From the NCBI GenBank assembly GCA_017499595.2, contig CM039004.1, forward strand, positions 2,294,001 through 2,358,000: a DNA stretch of 64,000 nt. The letters run 5' to 3'. How positions within the stretch are numbered: the first letter of the stretch is position 1; each line of letters begins with the position of its first letter. The position numbers and the translations under genes were made by a program. Shown here piece after piece: positions 34,301 through 48,100 of the stretch. Under the pieces are notes generated by a model. That model saw only the letters and a list, made by a program, of their open reading frames with translations. It searched no databases and had not been told where the DNA came from. The stretch is from Psilocybe cubensis (lineage: Eukaryota).

Positions 34301-36154
34301 GTCGACAGCCAGCTTAGTTTCCTTCAGGATCTCGAGAGCAGACACGTCCTCGGACTGATAAGGTAGGTATGCAAGAACAACGCTAGGTCCGTTGAATCGA
34401 TCTGCCTCAGCAAAGGCTTGAAGTACCTGTGCGTAGGAAGAAAAGACAGCGACACTCGCAACGAAGACATCACCATGGTTCATAGCATACAGGCCAACAT
34501 CATGTTTGCGACGGTGAGGATCGAGATTGTTTCGTGAGGAATAAGGGAGGGTGTCGAGTATCAAAATGTTGACATTGAGACCAGAAGCAATAGCGTGGTG
34601 TAGACCTGAAGAACCTAAATCGTAAGACCAAGCATCTGAACCGATGATCCACCTTGAACGAGATGGAAGGAACTCTCGAAGAGCCAGAATGCGGTTAGCC
34701 GCAGGATGGTCCAGAGGTTTTGACTCGAGGCTGTCAATAATCTCCTTACCCAAGGACCTGCTCTTGATAGCGTCGTCCTTGGACAAGGCCCACTTGCTCA
34801 GTAACGAATGAAGGTCTTCATCTAACCCCCCCTCTTGAAGCAATTCCTGGACACTATCGAAAAGAGCTGACCTTGAATCCAATTGTCCCCTGACGCGTCC
34901 CAACGCGTACTCAGGGGTAGTAGCAATCTCACCCTGGGATGCCACGAGGTGCGGTGAGTTGGCGATTTCTAAACGTTCGTTGAACAGATGCGCAAGAATT
35001 TTGGTGTAGGCAGCCTCGTGTTTGGGGACATGTGGAAGGGTATCTGTGATGGAAATAATCTTCGGAATGGGACCAAGTGCTAATGGCGAAGACGGCAAGT
35101 CGTTGCAAGACCGAATGAACTTGATGACGTCCGGTGTTTGAATCTGAGAAGAATCACCGAGAATGGCGCTTTGAACTGCAACATCTTGCCTTTCCTGGAG
35201 CGCAGTGACGACGTCGAGATACAATGGTGTCCATTTACTGTGCCATCTGTATACTTGCTCCAGAACAACGACACGGGTCACCGACGGGGGAATATCATGC
35301 AGAAGGCGAGAATATGGGATGGGGTTGACAAGAGACAAAGAAATAAAGGATACACCTTCGATGTCGGAGGGCAAATCCGCCTTTCCGAGGATGAGGAAGA
35401 TGGTGTCAGGTTCTGACGATCCTCGAATAGTCCAAGGTCGCAGAGGGCGTCTAACCAAAGATAGTGTCTCTAAGGCAGCAGATTCGTAGTGCTTGAAAAG
35501 TTCGGTAGCTTCAGAGGAGGCATGCACCTGTATGTGCCCGTTCGTAGAATGACCATTCGTGTAATGACCATTGGCTTGTCCGTGAGGAGGCGTCACATGT
35601 CCGTTCGCGGCTCGGGGAGTGGTCGGACGTTTTCCCGCAACGAGAAAAGAGTAGATTTTTTCCTCCGGAACCTCGTCAGGAGTCTCCAGAGGCACATAAT
35701 TGTAGAAAGCATGGACTACGGCCTTCCTTTCAAGCCGGGCGAGTCGAGCGGCAAGCAAGGCATTGTCGTGGGCTTGCTGTGCGGTGGTGGAAAGAAGGAA
35801 GAACGGGACGGCGGACCGGAGTAGCAGCACGTCCGAAAGATCATCCTGAACGGCAAGGTGTAGAGCGATTGGTAATGTGGAAATTTCCCCAAGCTGCAGA
35901 ACCAGACGTGTCAACACCTGGGAGGTAGCAGATGCGGTGAAAGAAGTGAGGTTGGCAGTATAGCGAAGCAGCGTGGAGGCTGAGTCGGCACCAAAGGGGG
36001 AAGAGATGACCCTAGCTTTATGTGTTGAGGACCTTGACAAGGTGTTATACTTTTGTGCGAATTGGGAAATTACGGGAGGAGGCGGGAGAGAGTCTACGAC
36101 GACATCTGAGGTTAGATAGGCAATGCGAGCCACCACTGGCACAGTAGAGTCCAT
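31399..36154 (-). CDS. MET5: Assimilatory sulfite reductase beta (hemoprotein) subunit, Met5/Ecm17/Sir1-like
   Basis: PFOR-like N-terminal region ([18 protein letters not shown]); flavodoxin ([23 protein letters not shown]); [37 protein letters not shown] and MTGCPNGC siroheme/4Fe-4S ligands. The first exon is ~3 kb. Confidence 0.95.
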
Positions 36155-36346
36155 GACTGGAAAAAGACGAAGAATAGTCAGAGACAAGAACCCAGAAAGT
36201 CGGTAGAACTTGCTTTACTTTGTGATGCCCTGTGTCGTTACAGACAAGATCGCCTGTAGTCTCAAATACATTGGGAAATTTCTCGATGAGCAAGTTATTT
36301 GCAGGAAGCACATCATTCCTTTGCAAATGTTTGCAAGTGTCTAATC

Positions 36347-36357
36347 TTATCAGATAA
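36347..36357. promoter_or_regulatory. Paired GATA site TTATCAGATAA (ATCWGATAA-type) upstream of sulfite reductase
   Basis: Exact ATCAGATAA ~190 bp upstream of the ATG; a near-copy ttatcagatat at ~36847-36857. Confidence 0.35.
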
Positions 36358-37739
36358 ACAATTCAACATCTTGACATCGATTCAGGTCCAACTCTACGCG
36401 TCCATCCACGCTCACTCCCGCTCTCTTCTGCCTTTGGTCAAGACTATGTATGCGAACATTTTCAACTAAATTACTGACCTCGAAGCTAACTGCCTTTTCA
36501 CAGCAATGCCACATAGGAGAGAGATGGATTCACCCGGCAATACTCCTGAATATGATCCACAACCTTAGACTGGTCTAGCCTTTGGTTCAAAATGCATTAA
36601 TCGCCCACAAAAACGTTTCGAAAGCTCTTTCACTCCAGTTTAGGAGGTCAAAATGGTCATCCTTGTCTATTTAAATGGACCTCAAATTCAATTCTTTCTT
36701 TGCCGACTGAAATATCCGAGATGGTTATTGTCGAGAACAGATGAGCCTCCTATCTTAGGACAACTTGGACAGAGATTAGTCGACTCATGTTTCTGGACTT
36801 CCCTTAAGCATGTGTGTATACCTCCAATGCTTATTTTCTTCTGTACTTATCAGATATTCCAGAGGTATTGAACGATACATCTACCAGCCGATGACATTCG
36901 TAGCACTCTTGTCTACAGTTGTCTACGCGAGTTGAACTTAAAAACCTTGCTACTTGCCCTGTAGATTACCATCCTTTTAAGGAGTGATGGTGTTTCTCAG
37001 CTTTTCCATTTTTCTTCTCTTATGCCAAATACTTCGATGGTTTTGAGAGGCACCAACTTCAAAAAGAATGTTTCAATGGACAGCTCTTGGCTTTGACTAT
37101 TATATCGGTCCTCTTCAGTCCGGGGGACGATGAAACTATACCGAGAAGCAGATATATGCGCGTTATGGATACATTTACGAGGTGAGTATATGCGTTTGAA
37201 CTGGGTTGACTCGATTTGAACGTTCTGCATGCTGAATTTGACAATACATCCACATTTCTTCGACAAGCAATTACTTGTAATGCTTAGATTGATTGTTATC
37301 AAATGACAACGTCCGGGTCTTCGTCGGGGAAAAAAATTCGGTTTTAACTTGGTCGCTAGACTGACTATGCTGGCCGGAGGATCCTGCAGCTCGGAAGGCC
37401 TTTTTTCTTCGAATGAGTTACTTCCAGACCCTTTGCATGGGCCAACACAACCTATCTTCAAAGGATATTAATTATCTCAACATTATCCCAAAGACGTTCC
37501 AAGATGTTTCGCATATAATCAACTTTCGACAAAACCCCGTTTCCGTTTTTCAGTCAGGAGTTGTGGGCCTCTCATCAAGCAGGCATATAATAACTCGTTT
37601 GGGACGGAGGGGGGAACAATCTAGGAGAGGAAGCATCTGAGAACTCACTGCTCGGATACCTGGAGAACCGAAAACCATTTTGCCCGCATCGTTTACTCAG
37701 CTATACCTCTTTCCCAGTCTTCGTCACCTTCTCCCGTCC

Positions 37740-38400
37740 TCTATTCCCCGCCATCGGGGGCCTTTTGCCACGAAGATGTGGATGATCCTAAAGGTCGATA
37801 TTGGTACCAATGCGTCCGCATCTCTTATCGGCCAGATGGGAGTATTCAGATGGGGGGAACATACCCTTATGTCCCACCAACCCACCAGCACATGAATTCG
37901 ATTGCTTTTCAGTCTTCACACCTTTTTGCCACCACTCATCTATTGCCCAATACCCCTTGAGTGAAGCCACACCATCGATTGGTCAACATGCTCACGAGTC
38001 ACCCCAATGTTTCCACATTCTGAGCACAATTTTGTACCATCAAGAGGACGCCACAACGCCTTTTGTTCTAGATGTAAACAGTCAGACACCGACTGAACGC
38101 ACGCTCATTCGGCCTGACCAATCCTTGATTCTATCTTTTAAGTGTTTCTCCATTGTCCAAACTCCAACGTCAGTAGCAACAGTAAGTATCATGTTAATGA
38201 CGAACATCAAACGCCACGTTGAGCCACGTTTTCGACAAGAAGATTGGATCAGAATCTCGCTGCTTTTTGCTCATTAACTTTGGAATTATGGAAGACCTGG
38301 ATCTCTTAGAATCTCTTAGAATCCGAACGGCGGGACCTTTCGGTCATTTTGTCCGCCTTGATCATCCCGGTTATGATCCTTCAGAGTCCTCCAGGTGTGC
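37740..38400 (+). pseudogene. Possible decayed gene or TE fragment with a degenerate GRF-zinc-finger-like motif
   Basis: FCHEDVDDPKGRYWYQC is followed in another frame by GVFRW. Downstream protein-like segments are broken by stops and frame changes. Confidence 0.2.
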
Positions 38401-40013
38401 TGTATGTTCTTTTCGACCCTTCTGCATGCGGGCTCCCCGGGGCTCAGCCCATCTTCTCTTCTCCCCTCTTCTCTTCACTCTTCTCTCGGTCACGGAGATT
38501 TCGTCTCCTATTTCCGAGGTTCGGTGCCAAAGCTAGATGTCCTATCATGCTTTACAATCTTTTCAGAGATTCAGACCGGAACCGTCATGCTGAAGAGATC
38601 GTAACGCCGCAGGCAGGCTGCAAAGTCAGCACAACCAATACGTTGGTAACTATTGGCTTCTGGACTCTAGAGGCCTTTGGTCACCATTTTTTTGCAGCAC
38701 TCGTATGGCCGCATGTGCAGGTGATATTTTGACGTCGCTCTTTATCTGAATTCATCATCTTTTACCGCGTTGCATCATTCATGTTAGACCCTCATGTACC
38801 AACCATATAATCCCACACCGAACTAGAATATTTGGTTGCATCTATTACGCATCCACGGTCGCTCGCGCGATGCGTGCCAGCGTGTCTGTTACTCTGTTCT
38901 TCACTGCATTTGTACTCCTTGCCTCATCCTCATGGGCCCAAATACGAGATCACACATAATTAACCCAAAACGCTCAAAGTTGCAACAATATTTTGATCCA
39001 TTTTTTTATCTCTATTGAGTTTGGCTGGCACTGCTGATTCTCAACATTTTACTTCATCTTCACCATTTCACGAAATTTCCACTGTTTCACGCCTGAATGT
39101 TTCTGAGGGTACAAACCTTTTTGTCATATCACTGTGAGATCGATTCCCCGTCAGTGCTCTGTTATCTTCTGCACCCGTATTATTCTTAGCCATCACTTAT
39201 GATGATGTGATTTTAGCAGCCTGCACGATGACTCTTTAACCTTCAATCACATTCACGGTCATGTTCTCATATGGGTATAAGTGCCCAGAAACTTGAATAG
39301 GGCGTGTTGCCCTCCTTCTGAGCTCTATCCAATCAGTGTCCACTTGCTGATACTACTGACCATCGTCGCCTTCAGCCTCCAGCACCGAAATCATTCATCC
39401 ACTATCGATGCGGCGATCACTACAAACAGCTAAAACCTCGGGCAGCAGATTTCAGATTTCATAACAGGATGCGGGGAAGTGAAAGTCGTTTCTAAAATAA
39501 ATGACATATATATTTTTGTTCGGCACGCGACAACAGATGGTGCTGTCCGCGAAAGTTTGCTCTCTTCATAAAAGGAAAACATGGTCCCAAGCAGCGGTTT
39601 TGCTTTCAAAAATTCCCTCAAAGAAAAAGACGAGTAAAAATTCCATGATGCACGGGGCTCTCATTACAAGTACATTAATATCATTCGTGGAGTGGGAAGA
39701 GGTATCGGCGCGACTTGGAATTAACTAAATAACTCTTGTCGTATGGGTATATGTTGGAGTGGAGCGGGTAACGTTGAAAGTGGATCCATGGATTGCTTGG
39801 TTGTTTTAGATATATACAGTGATCGTCGACAATGGGTTGGCATAAGAGTATTGCACCGGTATTTGTCCGTGGTACTTTTCTCACTTCCGCTTGTGGAGTG
39901 GAAGCTGGGCATGTAAGAAGGGCGAATATAGAAAGAGAGGGGTCTAGACTTGAAATTCGTGCGAGCAGATGAACAACGAATTGTGCAGAGTAGATTGAAG
40001 TGGACGCGAAGGT

Positions 40014-40412
40014 TCAGTGCTTCCGTGATATCGGAATGGGTTTCGCTGGATTCCCGGCAGTACTAGATGGCGATGTTGGCTTTTTAAGAACGTCACCAAG
40101 CTCTGGAATAGAAGCGTCTATTCTGTATGGCTCAAATATTCCCGCGGATCGCGAAGGATATCCGTAGGGTAAAGTAGGAGACCGTGAGGAGGAATTGGGA
40201 GGATAGTTCGTCGTCTGTGGCTGCTGTACGCTTCTGTAATCGATGTTGGAGGGATAGGCATGGCCGTATGGTGAACTTTTGGGTCCATTGCTCTGGTTAA
40301 CTTGCGAGCAATTGGTAAACGGATGGATTGCAAACGGATCAAATTGGGTTAATGTTGAAGAAGGGCTCGGGGGCGACCCTGACTCGGTAGAGGACGATGA
40401 TGAGGACGACAT
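40014..40412 (-). CDS. Small Ser/Pro-rich hypothetical protein (132 aa, single exon)
   Basis: ATG 40412 with TATAAA ~50 nt upstream (40465-40460); motif-like islands FDPFAIHPFT and GIFEPYR..SIPELGDVLKK within low-complexity sequence. Confidence 0.65.
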   Translation of the reverse strand: MSSSSSSSTESGSPPSPSSTLTQFDPFAIHPFTNCSQVNQSNGPKSSPYGHAYPSNIDYRSVQQPQTTNYPPNSSSRSPTLPYGYPSRSAGIFEPYRIDASIPELGDVLKKPTSPSSTAGNPAKPIPISRKH

Positions 40413-43400
40413 TTTATGCAGAGAGCGAGTCAAGAGTGGTTGGTGAAGTGAGGGATGTTTTTATAACAGGAAAGGTATGACCAGTTGTGGGTGGTTTTTG
40501 GTTAGAAGTCCTGTTGGGTCAAACCGACTAGATCTTTGGGTTTATATAGGTCCCATATAAAGCATTTTATTGCGTGTTCCACAGATCTCGGATCCTAAGT
40601 ACCTCCCAGTATCAACGAGGTATTACCCCATGTCTTGCGATTTGTGGCAGACTTCTATATGTCGGGCCGAGCAAAGCAACATCTAAATGTTATGTCACTT
40701 GTGGAAGTTTGGCAGAATGTTCGTAGTGCCTTCTGGATTGGAACAACGGCCACAAGTGTGTTTGAAAGACGCCGGATAAGTATGCGGCGATGGAAGAATT
40801 AGCAAGAACTCTCGCCTATCGCGATCAAATTTGAGCGCGCCTTGGAAAGAAACTGAGAATGAGCATTGGTCAGGTGTTTTTCTGGTGTGTTTGTGGCATC
40901 CCCCGTGGGGGTTTCCCCCGAATGCTTGCGGGGTCAAAGCGTGCCTGGGACTACGTATGAAACGTTATCATGTCGAACTCGGGTAGGCATGCTGAAATTC
41001 GACTGCATGTCGCGGGCAAGTGTTTGTTAGTTCAGGGAATATGCAAGGTCCGAACGTAGGCAGGGTCTAATTTAGATTCAGTGGCCAACTTTACAAACCT
41101 GCGCATGTTCTGGTTTCACAAACAATCATGATTGCGGGAGAATACGATAGTTTGAGCAGTAGAAAGTTGATTTCACTTACAATAATAGCGTAAACAGTGA
41201 TGCCCGTCCGCAAGCCGTTGACCCATCGGTGAAGATTCAGTCACGCGACTATCTCAGAACACAGGCCTTTCACAGTTGTCACCAAGATTTATCTTTCCTA
41301 GACTTCGGTTCTCTGCAATAAGACGTGAACGCTAAATTTTTTGATACAATCAAGCCTCGGGCCGTTGTGTCTGAGAAGCGGATGCTGCACGGTTTGTTGA
41401 ACTTTGTTCAAGTTGATCACTTCAAAAAAAGCAGAATCTCTGCCACCCGGAAAGGTTGAGCAGAAGACTCCAATATCGTGCCTTGCACATCTAGTCTAAC
41501 CAAACTGGTATGGTATGATGAAGAACATCGGAAAATTTATGAAATATGTATGTTTCATGAACTTGTAGTCTGGACAATCAGTAGCTCGACATTTGGTCGG
41601 CATCGTTAGATTCGACGCGGAAATCAGTCGGTCGAAACGTTCGAGCAAATAGGGGCCAATAAAAGCCAGAGAAAGACCGGAAATGGATGTACAAGTGTTG
41701 CATGCCCGAGTCGGAACATATTAGGTTACTCGGTGGAGGTTTTGCAATGCGTATACTGCGATTTGGTTCTTCAGAATGCATGGTACGTTGTAGCAGCAAA
41801 TCAAAGGCTTTCTTTAGAACGGAGATAACGACCGATTGCGTCTACTTTCGACGTGGAAGCTATGATTTGTCGATCAAGAGCACATTAGGTGCAGCAGATA
41901 TTGAAATGTCTGTTATCCTTCGAAGCTTTTGGGTGTATATATTGAGAGAGATAGGCTCTATGACTGTGTGGAGATTGATACTTGAATAGCCTATCATAAG
42001 CAAATGCTATTAGGAGAATAAAGCCTGAACGCAAAATACCCTTACCAGTTATTGAAGAGTACACCAAGTTACTATCGCATTAAATTTTCTCCTTCCCGAT
42101 CCACCATCAAAAATTTCCCTTTGTCAAATAGAAGGTTCCTCGAGGAAAGCATATCACATAGATTCGGAGGCTCTTTGACATTTGGCAAACATTTCCGGAC
42201 CGCCAACAAGGAGCGAATGCATTGTCTACCCCTATGTCTTGAACGTACAGTAAAATTTGGTCTGCTGTTGGGTCGGCTGACACGAGCATTTCGGTTCCAG
42301 GAGAGATAGGCAATCCTCGAGCGCTAAAATAGCTTGCTTTGGAGCCGGAGCCGGCCAATAAAAACGGGCGCTCCAAGTCCAACAGGCGAAACATACCCAT
42401 GGATGGAAGGACACGTGCGAAGCTTGTGGTGGCGAGTGGGGAGTTTGCACCACAGAGTCTAGACTAAGAATGTCCTGAGGTACCACAGCTGAAGAGCTCC
42501 AATTCGTTTTGGCGTAGAAATAAGCCAGAAGCTAGAATGTGGTGCGTCTGCAAATTGGACAGTTCCCGGCGGCAGTTCCCGGCGGCAGCCATACAGATGT
42601 CTGGCACTGTAGAAGTGTTCCAGTCACAGGCACCTCCTGCAAAGCTTACTGATGATACGATGGACGTATTTCAGGACGGACTTCCGAGGATTGAGAAATT
42701 GGGTGGCACGGACACCAGAACAAAGACCCACGGCCGCGAATGTCAATTATTCCCCACGTCGTCTCGTTTCGCCATTGACATATCAGACCACATTTACAAG
42801 CCTCGGAGAAATATGCTGCGCATAAAGCCCTTTCGTGTTCGTCATAGGCAGACTCATCCCACAGTTTCCCGATCGTCTGGGACCCATCGCCCTGCTTATG
42901 GGGCGCCAAAAAGCCATTGTGCGTAGGGTCCAAAGGTCAAGTGGACAAAAGCAAAAGCATATTGAGCAAAAAAAGGTTCGCCCAGACAAAGCCAGCGGAA
43001 CGTTATACTGAGCAAGCATCCATCGTGAGTTGTAATCGGTATCGTCTGACAGCTCAGGAATTGCTGGTGTCGCGGAGGCCGAGTGTGGGTTCACGATTGA
43101 GTGTATAGAAATACCCTTTTCGTTATCATGCTCTGACTGACACGAGACTTTATCTTATGTATACAATGGAAAAAACGGTGAACAACATAATGCCAGATTC
43201 GAAAGTCGACATTTGAAGGTTGGAGCAGATGAAGGTTCAAAGGAGAGGTGTAACGGCAACTACCGGCTCTTCGTCCGCATTCATCCTCTACACAATTTGC
43301 TGTCCAAAAACATAGCTTTACGGAAAAACAGAATTAGATACATTAATTTTTCCTTCAACACACGCTACAGGTGCTACACACAAGAAATAAAAAGGAAAAC

Positions 43401-45198
43401 AGGCAAGGTAAATTTAAGGGAGGAGGAGAGGGAGAGAAGGGCGCATATCCTTTGTGTAAAAAAAACAAGAAACTCTGATATGTAGCCACTTTCATTTCAT
43501 TTCAAGAATTCGTTTATTCGTTCGTTGTTGGTTGGAGAGATATATAACAAAAAAAACAGAGGTCGTCAAGGTTTTTATGAAAACACTGGTTCTGGGTTCT
43601 GGGATGGGGATGGGGATGGGATGGAATAATTGAGATGGGATGGGAATGTTGCAATTGGATATTGGAATAGTGGTTACGAAAAAAAAGAAAAAAAGAAAAA
43701 CACACGAGAAACCCATGATGATTTATAGAAACAGAGGAAAAAAAAATAAGGAAACAATGGGATTGGGGGAAAGGAATTTCTGCAATTGATTGGAGGGGGA
43801 ATGATGATGGATGGATGGATGGATTGATGATAAATGACGATGCTGTTAACAATGACTGGGAAACACTGGGAACACAAGCAATACGGTGGGAACAGGCAGA
43901 CCGGAGCAGGCAGGCAGGCAGGCAGGCGAAGCAGACAGACAGGGCAGGCAAGGGAAGTGTCGTATACAAATGGTTACATTTCATTTTGAGGGGAACAAAA
44001 AAAAAGGGGGGGCAGGAGAGGAACACAAATACAGTGATGATTTTTTTTCGTCGGTCGGCAGGCAGCAGAGAATAATGTGCGATTCAACTTGTGATTTTAT
44101 CTCAATCGATGTTTTTGGATGAAGCTCTTCGCACAATTTTTTTGATGAGAGGGCGTGTGTATGGTGCGTATTCCGACTTTTTGCTGTTACGGATAAACCA
44201 CAGAATAGATTTTTCGACGGTTTCGTTTGGATAGTTAATTGGTTCGTAAACGACCCGTCGCATAAATCTTTGGATTGGCGGTGATGGCAGGTGTGTGTGT
44301 GGTTTTCGATTTCGATTTCGGTTTTTGTTTGTTTCGATGCGCAAAAATGGCATCGATGCCGATGATGAAAATGGTCGACCTCGACCGCGAAAAAAAGAAT
44401 GATGATAATCCAGTCTTTCATCGGCAATCAGTGGTGAGTGGTGTTGTAGTGGTAGTGGTAGTGGTAGTGGTAGTGCGGGCAAGAGTAGAGATGCAGGTTA
44501 AGGATAGCGAGATGATGGAGTCGTGTATTTAGGAGGGAGAAATGTCTAATCCAGAGAGCGATGTCCTGCAAGAGCAGACATTCGCCGAAGCTTTTGTTTC
44601 CCTCTCTAGCCCAAAAAGAGAAGAGAAGAAAAGACCATCAAAACGGGAAATCATAGAGAGGATGAGAACGAAAGAGAGAGAGAGAGGACAAAAAAAAGAC
44701 CAGCAAAAAAGGCAAAAGGGAAGTTGATTTTGTATAAACACAAGTGGAGTCGAAAAAACTTGAGAGTCGGGAACGAAAATGACATAAAAACAAGAACAAA
44801 TTGTGATGATGGCAACAACAAGAAAGAAAGAAAGAACGAAAAGAACGAAAAGAAAAAAAAAACATAATTGACATAATTAAGAGAAATTGGTTGGATGATG
44901 AAATGAGCAGAGGGGCTTGTGGTAACAATGACCTTGAAGATGCTGACAAGGAAGGAAGAAGGAAGAATGCCGCTGCCTTGTGTCGAGAATCGGATTGCAT
45001 GGTATGATTGATGCTTGTTCCAAAGTGAGACCCCATACAAGAAAAAAAATATTCAAGATGCAATGCACACAGGAAGACCAAGAAGAAACCAAAAAACACA
45101 ACCAAAACAAGACCGGTCGCAGTTCGATGCACGGAAGCGGGGGCGGGTAGCATAGTAGCACGTCGGATGCCATTCATAGCTGTCCACCAACAAAGAGC

Positions 45199-48100
45199 CT
45201 ACAAATTCAAAGGCGGTACACCCGTCGCATAGAAATTGCCCCTCTGCGTACCACTCGTGCTTCTAGCTTTCGCATTCGGATGGTGATGATGATGCACATG
45301 ATGATGGAACGCCTGTCCATGGTGCGGCGTGTGCCCGCCCCCATACGGCGCCGACGCATACCCACCATGCAAACCGCTGCTCTTGCGCTTCATCAACTTG
45401 CGCTCCCGACGCTGCTCTTTGCGGCTCTTCTGGTTTTGCTGCTGTTGCTGAGCCTGAGTCTGTGCTTGCTGCTGCTGATACTGTGCACTAAACCCCAATC
45501 CCGAGCTAGCAGACGACGGCGAGCCAGGCATCGACACACTCGCGCCAACACCCGCGCTGCCCAACGGCAAAATCAAAGGCGACGACATCGTCGATCCACC
45601 GCCCATCGTGATCCTCCTCCGTTTCGCGAGCTTGTCACTGCCCCGCGTCCTCGTCGAACCGGCACTCCCACTCCCACCAGCACCACTCCCCGCCGCCAAC
45701 GCGCCAAAGCCCAGTCCAAGGCCCAACCGCCCAGAGCTAAACGGACTGCTCTTTATCACATTGCCATAATCCGCACTCGAATGCGGGGTATGCATGCCGC
45801 CCATACCCATACCCATACCCATCCCAAACCCACCCCATCCGCTCTCCCTCGTCTGGCGGAACGCGCCGACAGAGATCATATCCCAGCGCGCGAGATTCTT
45901 GTGCACATGGACATTCTCTTCCTGGTGTTGCTGGTGCTGGCCAGAAGACTGATGATCCTGTCCATCTTGTTGCTGATGCTCTTGACCACCAGGCGATGAT
46001 GCCTCGCCGTTAGCACCCGAATCATTTTCGACATTGCTCGCACCAGCATCAGCCGCCGACTTGCGCGTGTCCTCGGGGTCGTCCAGGAAGCTCGCGTCAA
46101 GCACATCGTCCAGCTGAATGGGCTTCGCAACGTCCTGCTCCTGGACTGCGTCACCAACAACACCCGCGTCGCCCGCACCAATGACTGCCTGGTCATCCTG
46201 CATATCAGAATTAGCAGCAGCGACGGCCGCAACGGACGAAAGCAGCAGCTCAAGCGGCGATCGCTCGTCGGTCGTGGCAGCAGGCGACGAAGGGTCATGC
46301 GGATCGTTTGCTAACACACCAACACCACCAGCCGCAGGGGTCGAGGCGGACGATACAGAAGGTGGCGGGGCATCGGCGATGCTGCCAGTGCTGGAGATGG
46401 ACGCGCTGAGGGTGTGCAGGTGCCTGCGCAGAAGGTGCTCGACCTGGAAGGGAAAAGGAAACCCACGCGTAAGTTTGTTTGGTTCCTTTTCGCGTGCGCG
46501 TGCGCGTGATGATAGATAGATAGAATAGAAGCGAGCAAAGACGGTAGATAATGAACGAAGAAGAGATAATGACGATGATGGTGATGGACAATTGCACAAG
46601 CGGATAGATAAATGAAAAAAGGAAAGAAGGGACAAAGCGCGAATAAAAGCAGGCAGGCAGGCAGGCACAAAAAAAAGAACCGAAAAAAGGTACTCACAGC
46701 ACTACCCATGCCGATATCCCCCACAGCAGGCGTCCTCGGCGCCCTCCTTCTGCCCATAAACCGCGGGTGTGGGCTGGGCACATCGGCGCCCTTGACATCA
46801 TCTCCAATCACCGCCTGGCGCGTCTCCCTGCTCGGCGAGAACACGCCCTGCCTGGGACCCGTCGGCGTCTTCTTCCTCTTCTTCTTATTTTTCTTCTCCT
46901 TGTTCTTCATCTTCTTCACCACGCTCCTGACACTCTCCACACTATGCATCGTCGCGCTCTCAGCACCAGCGGCCTTGTCAACGCCCTTCGCCTTCCTCCT
47001 TTTCGCCGACCCATTCGTGTTCTTCGCCGCCGCCGCCGCCAGCGCCATCTTCCTCGCCATCGCATTATGCTTATTGATGACATGTATATTCTTCCCTCCA
47101 CCGCCCGGCGTGCCCACGCCCATACCTTCGTCCACCACACCCGCACCAGCGAGATTCTCGTCCCACCCAGCCGTAACACTGGCGCTCGCACCGACGTTCG
47201 CGCTGTCCTTGCGCTTTTTCATCATCCGCCGGCTCAGCTTGTTCGTCATGGCCTTGATCATCCGCTCGTCGCACTCGTACCCATACGCGCCACCATCATA
47301 CTCGTACTCCTCAAGCTCCGACGGCGACATCGCCTCGAGCTCGCTGGCACTGCTGCTGAACCCAAGAGCGATCATATCCTCATCCTCCTCTTCCTCGCTG
47401 CCCATCTCCTCATCACTATCCCCTTCCTCATCGTCATCCGAATCCTCTTCAGAAGACGATTCCTCCGACGACTCGTCGAAAATCGCTTCATCAGAATCAT
47501 AAAACACGACTCTTCCCTGCAAAATATCCAAAGCGCTTGGTCCAGCACCCGCCCCCCACATACCCACCAACCCCCTCTTCCTCTTCTCCTTCCTGCCTCT
47601 GCCCCTTCCTTCCACACCACCCCTTCCCAAGCCTCTACCCAGACCAGGACTGATACCCGGACTACTAACCGTGCTAAGCGGGTTAATCGCCGACACGGAC
47701 AACGGCAAACTGAACAGCCGCATCGCGCGCTCATTCGGGAGATCATCCTCGCCCACAAGCTCCTCATCCGTCGTATCACCCGATCCCTCAAGCTCGCCAT
47801 CCTCCTCCTCATACCCTCCCTCCGAGTGCGTGAACATCTCCACATCGCTGTCTCCTTGCTGCTGCATATCAGCATATGGCGCAAAGTACGCGTGCTGAGA
47901 AAGCGAGTCGTCGCCATACACACTGTTCGTCGCGCTGCTCGACGCGAAGCGGCTCGCGTCCGCCTCAAAGTCAAAGTCGACCATCGACAACGTCGAGTTT
48001 TGCGTCTCGCCTGTTCCGTTTGTGAACACGATCTGGCCGTCCCAGCCTTGTGTCACCTCGAAAGGCAGAGCCTCGAAGGGCTTGAGTCTTTTCAATGCGT

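Noticed and set aside
33290-35824. Plus-strand and alternate-frame ORFs inside sulfite reductase
   Set aside because: Shadow ORFs of a long, codon-biased exon.
10496-36154. Known mushroom toxin cluster (psilocybin, ibotenic acid, amatoxin)
   Set aside because: No matching decarboxylase, kinase, methyltransferase, P450, dioxygenase, prolyl oligopeptidase or MSDIN-like precursor is visible; the PLP enzymes are AGT-like.
40600-43100. Short ORFs in the 40.6-43.1 kb interval
   Set aside because: No recognisable motifs or consistent exon chain; treated as intergenic, although a non-coding transcript cannot be excluded.
43492-45177. Several 70-180-aa Phe/Ser-rich ORFs
   Set aside because: They derive from poly-purine/pyrimidine and simple repeats downstream of the 45199 stop, with no coherent splice model or domain.
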